DNA of 64,000 nucleotides from Thermoplasmatales archaeon (GCA_027310185.1 DAIDBH010000018.1:96001-160000); one strand, 5' to 3'; shown: positions 21,035 to 32,226, counted from the stretch's first letter. The notes: a model not told the origin generated them from the sequence alone. Program-made: numbers and translations.

Positions 21035-21059
21035 AATGGTGCAAATTGTGGCTCGCCAA
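21035..21059 (+). other. 5' arm of the pre-16S processing stem (BHB motif)
   Basis: AATG-GTGC-AAA-TTGTGGCTCGCCAA pairs with 22578-22602. Confidence 0.8.
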
Positions 21060-21097
21060 TTTCCAAATTTAATAATAATTGTACGGCAATTGGATTA

Positions 21098-22566
<1,469 letters not shown>

Positions 22567-22577
22567 AAATATATACC

Positions 22578-22602
22578 TTGGCGGGCCACAAGCACACTCA
22601 TT
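22578..22602 (+). other. 3' arm of the pre-16S processing stem (BHB motif)
   Basis: TTGGCGGGCCACAA-GCAC-ACT-CATT is complementary to 21035-21059. Confidence 0.8.
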
Positions 22603-22672
22603 TCAGGTTTTTGCGTTTTTTATCAACAAACTTTTTTAATAAGTATTCGTTAACTAAACAATAGGGTAATTT

Positions 22673-22885
22673 ATGTCAGTTGAAGAAGATCTCGTGGAAG
22701 TACAGAAGAAAATCGAGAGACGATTTTCTGGGATAGGGAAAGGGAAGTATGCCAGAATTATAAAGATGGCAAAGAAACCGGGATCCCAGGAATATGTCAA
22801 GGTGCTGGCGATTACCGGTGCAGGTATTATTTTTTTAGGGGCTCTTGGGTTTTTAATTTACTATCTGATGACAATAGCTTTTTGA
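22673..22885 (+). CDS. secE: Protein translocase subunit SecE (Sec61 gamma)
   Basis: YARIIKMAKKP..EY, then a single TM helix (G...LGALGFLIY); directly upstream of spt5. Confidence 0.93.
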   Translation: MSVEEDLVEVQKKIERRFSGIGKGKYARIIKMAKKPGSQEYVKVLAITGAGIIFLGALGFLIYYLMTIAF

Positions 22886-22894
22886 GGGTTTATA

Positions 22895-23776
22895 ATGAGC
22901 ATACAGGAATATGAATGGATTGAGTGTGAGAGTAAGGAAATTAATTCTTATTGTGGACAGAAGGTAAATATACCTGTAACAATAAGAAATATTGAGAAAG
23001 AAAAGAGGACTTTTAAAATAGAATTATCAATGGAATTCATGCAGTCTGATCCCTCTATCATCTGGGAAATGGATTTTACAAACAATGATAGGGGAATACT
23101 TCAGTTCAGTCCGGATGGAGATAAAAAGTTTGACAAGAAGCTTGAACTTGAAGGTCACGCTGTCAGGGAAATGATGTTCACCATCGATTCACCCAAGGGA
23201 GGAAGTATAGGTGACAGTGTTACAGTCCGTATTAGAATAGCATCTGAGGATGGAATTCACTCTGCAAACTTCACGGACAGGATCATACTGAAACCAGTTA
23301 TCATTGCCGTGAAAACAAATGTTGGGAAGGAACTTGAGGTTGCGACAAATCTTCTGAATTCAGACGATAAGGATCTGGAGGAACGATCTGTCCTGAACCC
23401 TTCAGCAAAGAGAGAAATAATGGCAATAATGTCGCCTTATGAGTTAAGGGGATATTTTTATCTGGAAACCATGCACCCTGACAGGATACCATACCTGGGA
23501 AGGTCCATGAGAAATTTCAAGGGTGTCGTTGAAGGTGCAATAAACATAGAAGAGATACAGGAGCAACTCACACCGAAACCAGCAGTCGCAGGTCTTGAAC
23601 TCGGGTCTTTCATTGAACTTGTAAAGGGCCCATTTAAGGGAGAAAAGGCAAGAATAATGAACATCGATCACGAAAAGGAGGAAGTGACAGTTCAATTTAT
23701 AGAGTCTGCAATGCTCATTCCTGTAAAGGTCAAGGCAGAGGATATAAGGGTAATTGAAAGCGGAAAGAAACAATGA
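22895..23776 (+). CDS. spt5: Transcription elongation factor Spt5/NusG with N-terminal extension
   Basis: NGN domain (AVKTNVGKE...LRGYFYLE) and KOW domain (IELVKGPFKGEKARI), preceded by ~135 extra residues. Confidence 0.93.
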   Translation: MSIQEYEWIECESKEINSYCGQKVNIPVTIRNIEKEKRTFKIELSMEFMQSDPSIIWEMDFTNNDRGILQFSPDGDKKFDKKLELEGHAVREMMFTIDSPKGGSIGDSVTVRIRIASEDGIHSANFTDRIILKPVIIAVKTNVGKELEVATNLLNSDDKDLEERSVLNPSAKREIMAIMSPYELRGYFYLETMHPDRIPYLGRSMRNFKGVVEGAINIEEIQEQLTPKPAVAGLELGSFIELVKGPFKGEKARIMNIDHEKEEVTVQFIESAMLIPVKVKAEDIRVIESGKKQ

Positions 23777-25182
23777 GCTATAAACGGGAATCAAGGGAAA
23801 GAAACGAGGCAAGAATAAGAAATATTGAGGAAACTCTGAAGCACCCAAAAACCTTAGTCCCGGACTGTCTTGATAAGGTCATGTTCTGTCCTTTCACTGC
23901 ATATGAGAAAAAACTCACTGGCGAGGTTGATCTTTTAAAATTTGCAAAGTCCCATGATGAGTTTCTGCGGGGACTGGCTGAAACCAAGCGAGCGATTGAT
24001 GATGACGAATTATCATTCTCTGGACTGCTGAAGACACCACACGGAACTGCAACATTTTTCAAGAAGGGAGACACTGACCAGTATGTACTGGCCGGCATCC
24101 AGAATGAAAAACATGATGTGTTCAGGATGCTGAGTTTTTCACGTATTGTCTCATCAGGCAAAGCTGTAATATATTCCGCAGGTTCATATTACAGGGCAAC
24201 CTGCAGGAGTACACCCCCGGAGTCAAAGTTCATAGAGAACATTCTGAACGAGGAAAGTATTTCATATACGCGGGACGAAAGTACAGGTCTACCAGTAGTT
24301 GGAACAGGAGATGATAATACTGAATTATACATTTTTGGTTCGCCACTTTTGCTGTGTGGGTCAATGTCCAAGGTAAACACACCTGCAAAGATATTTAAGT
24401 ATATTCTCTGCAAGGATCCATTGCAGTTAATTTCATTCAACATCTCAAAACTCTCGCGATTTTCAGACAAGTCAGAAAGCACCATATTTGCAAACTACAT
24501 ATCTGGAGGAATGTCTGATTCAGATTTCTTCCAGCAGATTGTATCAAGAAGGAGAAATCTCGCAAAATCATCCGGCTTATTCCTGATTGGAACTGAAACC
24601 TTCCCGGACATCAAAGCATTTCTATCAAAAATAAGCATATCAGAAAGTGAAAGGAATGTCATTTCCGGTCTATGGCCAAAAGGGGAAGGCATCTATATTG
24701 ATGATCCAAGCCCTAGAAAACTATACGAAACTGTATGGCCAGAAATTGGGGAGCAAATAGTTGAAAAGCTTTACCCTGGAGCAACAGAAAAACACAGGGA
24801 TGTAATGAAAGGAAATCCAGTTGAAATTCTTGACCGTCTTAACAGGACTGTAAAGCTGGAGGATACAAAGGAAAGGATGAAATTAAGATCATGGTCGTTA
24901 CCATCATCACAACTTGCGGATCTTATAGCAATAGGAATAACAGAGGAACCGGAATCCCTTACAGAGTACATATCAAAAATGTCCATGAAGGAAAATGACA
25001 GCCAGGCCGTTGCTTATTGCATACAGGAAATTTACAAGCTGAACAGAAGTCAGTCATGGAAGATCTCAAGCGATGCGGTTGTCAAGGGCAGGATGATCAT
25101 GGAATATGTATCAAGAATTATAAAAGATCCATGGAACAACCCGGATGCAATATTCCAGGAGATATCAAAAATAATAAGGTGA
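23773..25182 (+). CDS. Hypothetical protein, 469 aa
   Basis: Long ORF overlapping the spt5 stop (ATGA); N-terminal PDC...CPF cysteines; no family recognised. Confidence 0.8.
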   Translation: MSYKRESRERNEARIRNIEETLKHPKTLVPDCLDKVMFCPFTAYEKKLTGEVDLLKFAKSHDEFLRGLAETKRAIDDDELSFSGLLKTPHGTATFFKKGDTDQYVLAGIQNEKHDVFRMLSFSRIVSSGKAVIYSAGSYYRATCRSTPPESKFIENILNEESISYTRDESTGLPVVGTGDDNTELYIFGSPLLLCGSMSKVNTPAKIFKYILCKDPLQLISFNISKLSRFSDKSESTIFANYISGGMSDSDFFQQIVSRRRNLAKSSGLFLIGTETFPDIKAFLSKISISESERNVISGLWPKGEGIYIDDPSPRKLYETVWPEIGEQIVEKLYPGATEKHRDVMKGNPVEILDRLNRTVKLEDTKERMKLRSWSLPSSQLADLIAIGITEEPESLTEYISKMSMKENDSQAVAYCIQEIYKLNRSQSWKISSDAVVKGRMIMEYVSRIIKDPWNNPDAIFQEISKIIR

Positions 25183-25185
25183 ATC

Positions 25186-25647
25186 ATGGCACGCCACGTT
25201 CTATCAAAGAAAGATCTTAAGATTTTTTTTGAAAAATTGAAAGAAAATAATCTGTGGGCAGATTTCTTCTCAAATTCAAACATAGAAGTTGAGGAACATA
25301 AGGGAAAGAAATGCTATTCAATTGGTGGAAGGTTCATTGCCTATGAAGAGGATCGATTTCTTCCATCCATAGACCTTCTCAACGCAATAAAGCCAGAAAT
25401 TTCATCTGTGACCGTAGATAACGGGGCAGTACCTCATATCCTCAATGGAGCCAAACTGTTTGGGAAAGGAATAACCCAGATAGGTGAAAGCATTAAACCG
25501 GGAAGCCTTGTTTATGTAAAAGACCCATCAGGCAGGTTCATTGCAGTGGGTATTGCAACAAAATCAACAGAAGAACTTAAGATATCCAAGGATGGGCCAG
25601 CTGCAGATATAATAATGTCTCCAGCCAGAAACCCATGCACACAGTGA
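25186..25647 (+). CDS. PUA-domain RNA-binding protein
   Basis: RHVLSKKD N-terminus and VTVDNGAVPHILNGAKLFGKGI PUA motif. Confidence 0.88.
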   Translation: MARHVLSKKDLKIFFEKLKENNLWADFFSNSNIEVEEHKGKKCYSIGGRFIAYEEDRFLPSIDLLNAIKPEISSVTVDNGAVPHILNGAKLFGKGITQIGESIKPGSLVYVKDPSGRFIAVGIATKSTEELKISKDGPAADIIMSPARNPCTQ

Positions 25648-25690
25648 AGGGGGCTAGAAAGGTATTTATTCAAACATTCCTTACTATGGT

Positions 25691-26149
25691 ATGGCAGAAC
25701 TATTGAAAACCGGTTCAAAAATTCCGGAGTTTGAAACAGTGGATCAGCAAGGAAATAGCATTGGATCGAAGGCAATTAAGGGAAAGCCGGCAGTTATATA
25801 CTTCTACCCGAAAGATGACACGCCTGGATGCACGGTGGAAGCGTGTGAATTTAGGGATAATATATCACAGTTCAGGGAAAAAGGCGTCAATGTATTTGGT
25901 GTATCCGTGGATGATCAAAAGTCACACAAGAAATTTGAGGAAAAATTCAACCTGAATTTTCCATTGCTCGTTGACAAAGATAAGAAGATAAGTGAGCAGT
26001 TCGGAGTCCTGGGTGAAAGGTCGGCAAAAAGAGTAACATTCATAGTGGACAGCAAGGGCATGGTGGTTCACGTTTTTCCCAAGGTTTCACCAAAGGGACA
26101 CACTGAAGAAGTAATGAATAAATTGAAGGAATTAAAATTGGTAAATTAG
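25691..26149 (+). CDS. bcp: Peroxiredoxin (BCP/PrxQ)
   Basis: YFYPKDDTPGCTVEACEFRD. Confidence 0.95.
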   Translation: MAELLKTGSKIPEFETVDQQGNSIGSKAIKGKPAVIYFYPKDDTPGCTVEACEFRDNISQFREKGVNVFGVSVDDQKSHKKFEEKFNLNFPLLVDKDKKISEQFGVLGERSAKRVTFIVDSKGMVVHVFPKVSPKGHTEEVMNKLKELKLVN

Positions 26150-26153
26150 GGAA

Positions 26154-26555
26154 TCAGGCAAGTACAAATTTATAGCCGTAATAGATTATCCCACTTTTTC
26201 CATCTTCAGCTATTTTCCTGAATACTTTTTTCACCCTTTTTCCCTCTTTTACTTCTGCGTTACCGACATCAACAAGCTGACCTGTGATCATTGGTCCCTC
26301 ATCCAGCTTGATCAGTGCCAGTACATATGGTTTCTGTCGTGAGAATGCAGGTGGTGCTTCATGAACTATGGTAAACGAAAAGATTTCCCCATCGCCTGAA
26401 AGTTCATGATCCATCATCTTCCCTATGGAATCCCTGTGACATACAGGGCAGATGTCCCTTGATGGAAAATATATCCTGCCACAATTTCCACACTTCTTTC
26501 CAAGCAATCTGTACCTGTTTGGACTTTCTCTCCACATTCTTGATAATTCTCCCAT
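26154..26555 (-). CDS. DUF35 Zn-ribbon/OB-fold scaffold protein
   Basis: CGNCG..YFP.R..CPVC, then an OB fold ending YGYKF; in an operon with thiolase and HMG-CoA synthase. Confidence 0.92.
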   Translation of the reverse strand: MGELSRMWRESPNRYRLLGKKCGNCGRIYFPSRDICPVCHRDSIGKMMDHELSGDGEIFSFTIVHEAPPAFSRQKPYVLALIKLDEGPMITGQLVDVGNAEVKEGKRVKKVFRKIAEDGKSGIIYYGYKFVLA

Positions 26556-27722
26556 TTATTCCACCCCCAGTATATGAACAACAGATGCAACACCTGAGCC
26601 TGCCATGTTATGTATCATTGCGGTCTTTGCGTCTTTTATCTGCCTCTTGTTCGCTCTTCCCTTCAACTGCAAATATGCTTCTACTGCCTGTCCAACGCCA
26701 GTTGCACCATAGGGGAATCCCTTGGCTTTCAGACCACCGGATGGATTTACCGGCAATCTGTCATTAAGAGATATACCCTCTTCAATCAGTTCCTTCGCCT
26801 TTCCCTTATCAGCAAATCCAAGATCCTCCAGAGCTATCAAACCATAAATATTATAAGAATCATGGACTTCAACGAAAGATACATCTGAGTTCTTCATGTT
26901 TGCATCCTTTAGCGCCTTTCTTGCTGCCAGTTTTGTAGGTTCTACTGTATACAGGCATTCCCTGCTATGAAGCGCAAATGGGCCCTGTGACATTGCAGAT
27001 GACAGTATCTTTACACCCTCTATGGAATTCTTCTTCACATATTCCTCAGAAGCAAGTATGACACTTGAAGCACCATCACTGAGGGGTGCACAGTCCATTA
27101 GGTTGAGGGGTTCAGCAATCAACGTAGCATTAAGAGCCTGCTGTACCGTTATTTTATTCCTGAAGTGTGCACTCTCATTGAGACTTGCATTCAGATGATC
27201 ATTTACTGATAGTTTTGCGAGGGCTTCCTTAGGTACATTGAAATCCTTCAGATACTTCCTGGCAGAAAGGGCAGCGAGAGCAGCAGGAGTTCCACCTTCG
27301 AACGCTTCCCACTCCCTGTCAAGTATGGAAGAGGTTATGTCAATGTTCTCATTTCCGTAAAGTTCCGTCATTTTCTCAGCTCCTCCCACCATTACAATAT
27401 CGTATTCTCCTGACTTAATTGCAAGATACCCTTCCCTGATGGCTGCGCCTCCAGATGCAGTTGATGCTTCAATTCTCATTGATGGGATGTACTCAGAAGA
27501 TATTCCTGCATGATCTGACATCAATGCACTCAGATGTTCCTGCCTGCTTATATCTCCACCAAGACTGTTGCTCATATAAATGGCCCCAAGATCCCTTGTC
27601 CTGATTCCTGCATCCTCCACAGCCTTTAAACCAGCTTCCACTGCAATGTCTCTCAGTGATCTGTCCCACAATTCTCCGTACTTTGCCTCTCCTGCCCCTA
27701 TTATATAAACACTCTTACTCAA
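26556..27722 (-). CDS. Archaeal acetoacetyl-CoA thiolase homologue (catalytic motifs degenerate)
   Basis: [14 protein letters not shown] and NPSGGL are present, but EASTASG, HDSY and GFPYGATG replace EAACASG, HDCF and GHP; TTG start after GGTGA. Confidence 0.9.
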   Translation of the reverse strand: MSKSVYIIGAGEAKYGELWDRSLRDIAVEAGLKAVEDAGIRTRDLGAIYMSNSLGGDISRQEHLSALMSDHAGISSEYIPSMRIEASTASGGAAIREGYLAIKSGEYDIVMVGGAEKMTELYGNENIDITSSILDREWEAFEGGTPAALAALSARKYLKDFNVPKEALAKLSVNDHLNASLNESAHFRNKITVQQALNATLIAEPLNLMDCAPLSDGASSVILASEEYVKKNSIEGVKILSSAMSQGPFALHSRECLYTVEPTKLAARKALKDANMKNSDVSFVEVHDSYNIYGLIALEDLGFADKGKAKELIEEGISLNDRLPVNPSGGLKAKGFPYGATGVGQAVEAYLQLKGRANKRQIKDAKTAMIHNMAGSGVASVVHILGVE

Positions 27723-28776
27723 CGTCTTCACCCAGTATTAATTTCTTCTTGAATTTGGCATACATGCCGTAGTCAAGGAATATGGTATCCTCCAGCATTT
27801 CTCTTACTGTTACTGCACCTCTTTTATGCAAATTCTCTATTTCTGAATTGACTTCAATGTGAAATGCATCAGAACCTGCCCCCGAGCCAAATGACACTGC
27901 AAGTATCCTATCCCCATCCTTCGCAACATCCAGTATGGCTGAAAGTCCAACCATCATTGCACCGGAATAGGTATTTCCTATGAGCGGAGTTAGCAATCCC
28001 TCCTTGTACTGTTTTTCTTCAAATCCCAGTAACTTTGCAGCCCTGGTAGGGAATTTACCATTTGGCTGATGAAATACTGCATAATCATAGTCTTCAGGCT
28101 TGGTTTTCATTCTCTCCATCATTTCCTTTCCAGCAGACACAACATGCTTGAAATAGGCGGGCTCGCCAGTAAATCTCTCCCCGTGTGTAGGATATGGCTG
28201 GCCTTCTCTTCTCCAGAAATCTGGAGTATCTGATGTCACAGATAAAGTTGACTTGATCTCTGCCGCAACATTTTCACTTCCTATGATCATGGCTGTTCCA
28301 CCTGCAGATGCTGAATATTCCAGTACATCACCTGGTGCACCCTGCGAAGTATCAGAACCAATTGCCATTCCTGTCTTGATCATTCCTGACTGGACCATTG
28401 CAAGTACATTCTGCATTCCTGCTGTACCTGCCTTGCACGCAAACTCGTAATCGGCAGCGAACATGTCGAACTTTGCTCCTATTGCTGAAGACACAATTGT
28501 GGCTGTTGGTTTTACTGCATAGGGATGGCTTTCTGAGCCTATATACATTGCCTCTATCTGTTCACCCTTTATACCTCCTCGCTTTAACGCTGTCCTTGCA
28601 GCCTCAACAGAGATTGTTGCTACATCCTCATCAGGAGAAGGAACAGATTTACTCAGAATGTAGATACCATTCTTTATGTTCTCCGGATCCTCTCCCCAGA
28701 TCCTGGCTATTTCGTCTGGTTTGATCCTGTATTTTGGGATATAACTCCCGTAACTTACTATTCCACTTTTTCCCAT
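27715..28776 (-). CDS. Hydroxymethylglutaryl-CoA synthase (archaeal type)
   Basis: [19 protein letters not shown] (catalytic Cys), [23 protein letters not shown]. Confidence 0.95.
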   Translation of the reverse strand: MGKSGIVSYGSYIPKYRIKPDEIARIWGEDPENIKNGIYILSKSVPSPDEDVATISVEAARTALKRGGIKGEQIEAMYIGSESHPYAVKPTATIVSSAIGAKFDMFAADYEFACKAGTAGMQNVLAMVQSGMIKTGMAIGSDTSQGAPGDVLEYSASAGGTAMIIGSENVAAEIKSTLSVTSDTPDFWRREGQPYPTHGERFTGEPAYFKHVVSAGKEMMERMKTKPEDYDYAVFHQPNGKFPTRAAKLLGFEEKQYKEGLLTPLIGNTYSGAMMVGLSAILDVAKDGDRILAVSFGSGAGSDAFHIEVNSEIENLHKRGAVTVREMLEDTIFLDYGMYAKFKKKLILGEDVE

Positions 28777-28968
28777 ATCTGGGGTTAAAATTTCAAACAT
28801 ATTTAAAAATTGTTAAATATGGCTTCGACAAATGACTAATCAAAAGTTCATAAATTCAAAAAATAAGGAGAAAATCTGCAAACATGACATGAACTGTAAG
28901 CAAAAACAATTAAAGAATAATATCAATAAAAAATAAATAGATATAATATCTATCTCACTGGGAATAAA

Positions 28969-29184
28969 ATGGATGAATTATCAGTAAACGCAAAAAAGGT
29001 TTACGATGCACTGAAAAAAATAAATGCAGTATCAGAGGATAAACTGAAAACTGCAGATGACATAATGAAAGCCTCAAATCTAGGGAAAGCACTTGTTAAT
29101 GCTGCTCTCCAGGAATTATTGAACAAATCCTATGTAAAGAGGATTGCGAGGCAAAAAAGTGCGGGTTATTACGTAACCAAGTAA
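28969..29184 (+). CDS. Small basic winged-helix protein
   Basis: TADDIMKASNLGKALVNAALQELLNKSYVKR..GYY has a wHTH pattern; Lys-rich, 71 aa. Confidence 0.75.
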   Translation: MDELSVNAKKVYDALKKINAVSEDKLKTADDIMKASNLGKALVNAALQELLNKSYVKRIARQKSAGYYVTK

Positions 29185-29236
29185 ATTATCTTACACATAA
29201 ATTTAAGTATATTCTTATACATGCAGATAAGGGGCA

Positions 29237-30367
29237 ATGACCACTCTAATTCTGAATATAGACAGGGATAATGATTACGGAGAGAAGTCCGGTGTTAAAG
29301 GACCGGTTGTAGGATACTCCCAGTGCTATAATGCCGCAGTAAAGCTTATAACTGCCGATCCAGAAGATTCAGATGCAAATGCTCTTTTTGGGGCGCTTAA
29401 ACATTATGAAGACCTGCAGTCAAGAGGAGATGATGTTGAAATAGCCCTTGTTACAGGTGATGATGATGTGGGCGAAAAATCAGACGAGATCATTTCAAGT
29501 CAGCTTGACAGTGTATTTTCTGATGGGAAATATTCAGATTGCATCCTGATTTCAGATGGCGCAGAAGATGATTATGTAATCCCACTAATTCTTTCCAGAA
29601 CAAAAATTAGATATGTAAAGCACATAATTGTAAGGCATAATCAGAATATAGAATCGCTTTATTATTATATTGTAAAGGCAATGAAAGACAAGAAACTCCT
29701 CAAGAAAATCTTTATTCCAGTGGGACTGATCCTTCTTGTATATGGTGTTGCAGTTCTTTCTTTCGTAGCATTCTTCGACCTGACTGGAAGATTGACAACA
29801 AGTCCTTCCCTGTATGCATACACACTCGTCATTGTAGTTCTAGGGGGGTATTTCACAGAGCGTGGTTTTGATATCAGAACAAAGATTGACAGGGTTCTAA
29901 ATGAGGTTAAAGCCTATTCAGAAGAAGCCAGGGTAATGTTCATATCAACAATAGTGTCCATTGGGATATTCCTTGTAGGAATAGCATCTACTTATCCCAT
30001 TCTCTATGACCTGAAGATGCTTCCACTAGACAGGATCCTTTACTTTCTGCAGATCTTTGGATTATGGGTATATGTTTCCATAGTCACAAGAGCATTATTC
30101 AAGATAGCAGATATCTATATCGGCGGGTCTCCAAGATCAGATACCCTGTTCTATGCTGTTTCATTTTCACTTTCTGCAGAATTTCTGATCCTCGGGATAC
30201 TTGGATACCTGAGATATTCACTTAAATACGTTGGGTTTAATCAGGCTCTCGAATCAGTAATCATAATCACAGTTGGTATAGCCATTGCACTGGTCACAGC
30301 TGCTGTACACAGAAAAAGAATGGCCTTTCTCGGATCAGGAAGTTATACAAGTAAAGATCAAACATGA
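29237..30367 (+). CDS. DUF373 family membrane protein
   Basis: LILNIDRDND, DPEDSDAN, SDGAEDD, followed by several TM helices. Confidence 0.88.
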   Translation: MTTLILNIDRDNDYGEKSGVKGPVVGYSQCYNAAVKLITADPEDSDANALFGALKHYEDLQSRGDDVEIALVTGDDDVGEKSDEIISSQLDSVFSDGKYSDCILISDGAEDDYVIPLILSRTKIRYVKHIIVRHNQNIESLYYYIVKAMKDKKLLKKIFIPVGLILLVYGVAVLSFVAFFDLTGRLTTSPSLYAYTLVIVVLGGYFTERGFDIRTKIDRVLNEVKAYSEEARVMFISTIVSIGIFLVGIASTYPILYDLKMLPLDRILYFLQIFGLWVYVSIVTRALFKIADIYIGGSPRSDTLFYAVSFSLSAEFLILGILGYLRYSLKYVGFNQALESVIIITVGIAIALVTAAVHRKRMAFLGSGSYTSKDQT

Positions 30368-31017
30368 TTCTTTGGGATGATCTATATGAAAGAGTCTGCA
30401 AGGAGCTTGAAATAGACTGTAGATCTGATATTGCTGCTACAGAAATCCTGAGTGCAATGGCAGTTCACCAGATAGCGTTTATTGAAAGAATCAACAAGTT
30501 CAGGAAAGGTGATTTTATCATCTATGGACCGGCAGGACAAGCTGTGGATAGAAAGGAAACTGGCATGGTTACTATCATTGCTGATTCCGCAATAGAAAGG
30601 TTCAAAGACTTAATACCTGATGTAATCGTAACAGATCTTGACGGAAATCTCGACAGGATCATGAGTTGCTGGAGGAATGGTTCAATACTGTGTATACATG
30701 CCCACGGAGACAACATAAAGAAAATTCTTGAATTTGTCCCATTACTGAAGGGAGATTTCCTCGGTACATGCCAGTCTCAGAGCACAGAAAACCTGTTAAA
30801 TTTACACGGCTTTACTGATGGGGACAGGGCCGTAAAACTGGCTCAGTTTCTTGAAGCGAACTCCATCAGGCTGGATGGCTTTGATTTCAGGAAACCTGTG
30901 AGTAAATACGGAAGCAGGGATAAGGAAAAAAAACTGAGATTCGCAGAGATGATAATACTTGATTCGGTGAGGGAAAGAACTGGGAAAGAATTTACCTTTA
31001 TTCCTGAGGTTTTCTGA
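30364..31017 (+). CDS. 6-hydroxymethylpterin diphosphokinase MptE-like protein
   Basis: IADSA, VTDLDG, HAHGDN, GFTDGDRA, KKL.FA. Confidence 0.82.
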   Translation: MILWDDLYERVCKELEIDCRSDIAATEILSAMAVHQIAFIERINKFRKGDFIIYGPAGQAVDRKETGMVTIIADSAIERFKDLIPDVIVTDLDGNLDRIMSCWRNGSILCIHAHGDNIKKILEFVPLLKGDFLGTCQSQSTENLLNLHGFTDGDRAVKLAQFLEANSIRLDGFDFRKPVSKYGSRDKEKKLRFAEMIILDSVRERTGKEFTFIPEVF

Positions 31018-31657
31018 CGATCTCTCCATTCTGAAAAATAACCGGGAAGGGAACAAGGTCCCTTTGAAGGCATAGTTCCACATCCTTCTTCCCACCTATC
31101 ATACTGAGTCTTTTCGTACCCTGGCCCTTCCTGGTCTGTTCGATATAATAATCAAACTGGTCCTTTCCTGTTTCCAGGTATGTCTTGACAAACATTCCAA
31201 AGTAATAATCCTCATCTGCATAGCCATCTGGCCTCCCGGAAAGAACTGCATCAATAGCATTGAAATTCTTAAGTAAGGGAAGGGTTGCAAACACATTGGC
31301 ATAGGAGCAGATAAATATCACTTCAGAATGCTTTATTTTATTCAGGACCTTGGTTCCATTTGTAGACGTGAAAATGATGGTTTTACCTTCCAGTTGAGTA
31401 TTCATAACCTCATATGGGGAATTGCTCATCTGGAATCCGGGAACTTTGAACCCATATCTCTCCCCGGCGATTATGTAATCAGGATGTTCACCCTTCATCT
31501 CCTTTGCAACTGAAACAGAGCTTACGGGGAGTATCCTGGTAGCACCCCTTTTCAACATAAGCGGCATAGTAGTGGTTGATCTGTATATATCTATGAGAAT
31601 CTTTGGGTTTTTAGAAAATAAATTTTCCTTTCTACCATTTACAATATTTACTTCCAC
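30998..31657 (-). CDS. comB: 2-phosphosulfolactate phosphatase (ComB) family protein
   Basis: IDIYRSTTT, AGER.G, SNSP, TSTNGT, EDY; GTG start inferred. Confidence 0.85.
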   Translation of the reverse strand: MEVNIVNGRKENLFSKNPKILIDIYRSTTTMPLMLKRGATRILPVSSVSVAKEMKGEHPDYIIAGERYGFKVPGFQMSNSPYEVMNTQLEGKTIIFTSTNGTKVLNKIKHSEVIFICSYANVFATLPLLKNFNAIDAVLSGRPDGYADEDYYFGMFVKTYLETGKDQFDYYIEQTRKGQGTKRLSMIGGKKDVELCLQRDLVPFPVIFQNGEIVRKPQE

Positions 31658-31711
31658 ACATGGTAAAAGTAAAAAAGTATTAAAATGAAACACATATACC
31701 CTTTGATTATC

Positions 31712-32185
31712 ATGGCACAAGAAGTAAGAACAATGGTTGAAGGAGGCAAGGCGTCCACAGGACCACCTCTCGGTCCAGCCCTGGGACCTCTGGGACTTAA
31801 CCTGGGGCAGGTCGTCAAGGAAATTAATGAGAAAACCAAGGATTTCGCAGGAATGCAGGTTCCAATAATCCTGACTGTTACAGATGCAGCAAAGAAAACA
31901 TACGAGATCAAGGTAGGAGTCCCTCCAACATCAGCACTGCTGAAGAAGGAGCTTGGAATTCAGACAGCTTCTGGAAAGAGAAAGGAAGTAACCGCTGGAG
32001 ATGCTACCCTTGAACAGATAAAGAAGGTCGCACAGGCAAAGAAGGATTCCATGATGGCCAACGATCTTAAGGGTGCAGTGCTTGAGGTTCTGGGAACGGC
32101 TTTTTCATCTGGAATAAAGGTGGATGGAAAGGATGCAAGAGATGTCCAGAAATTGATAATTAGCGGAGAAATAAAGATAGAATAA
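31712..32185 (+). CDS. rpl11: 50S ribosomal protein L11
   Basis: GGKASTGPPLGPALGPLG, GVPPTSALLKKE. Confidence 0.97.
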   Translation: MAQEVRTMVEGGKASTGPPLGPALGPLGLNLGQVVKEINEKTKDFAGMQVPIILTVTDAAKKTYEIKVGVPPTSALLKKELGIQTASGKRKEVTAGDATLEQIKKVAQAKKDSMMANDLKGAVLEVLGTAFSSGIKVDGKDARDVQKLIISGEIKIE

Positions 32186-32226
32186 GGGAAAATATTTAAT
32201 TCCACATTTCAATAGGGGATACAGAA

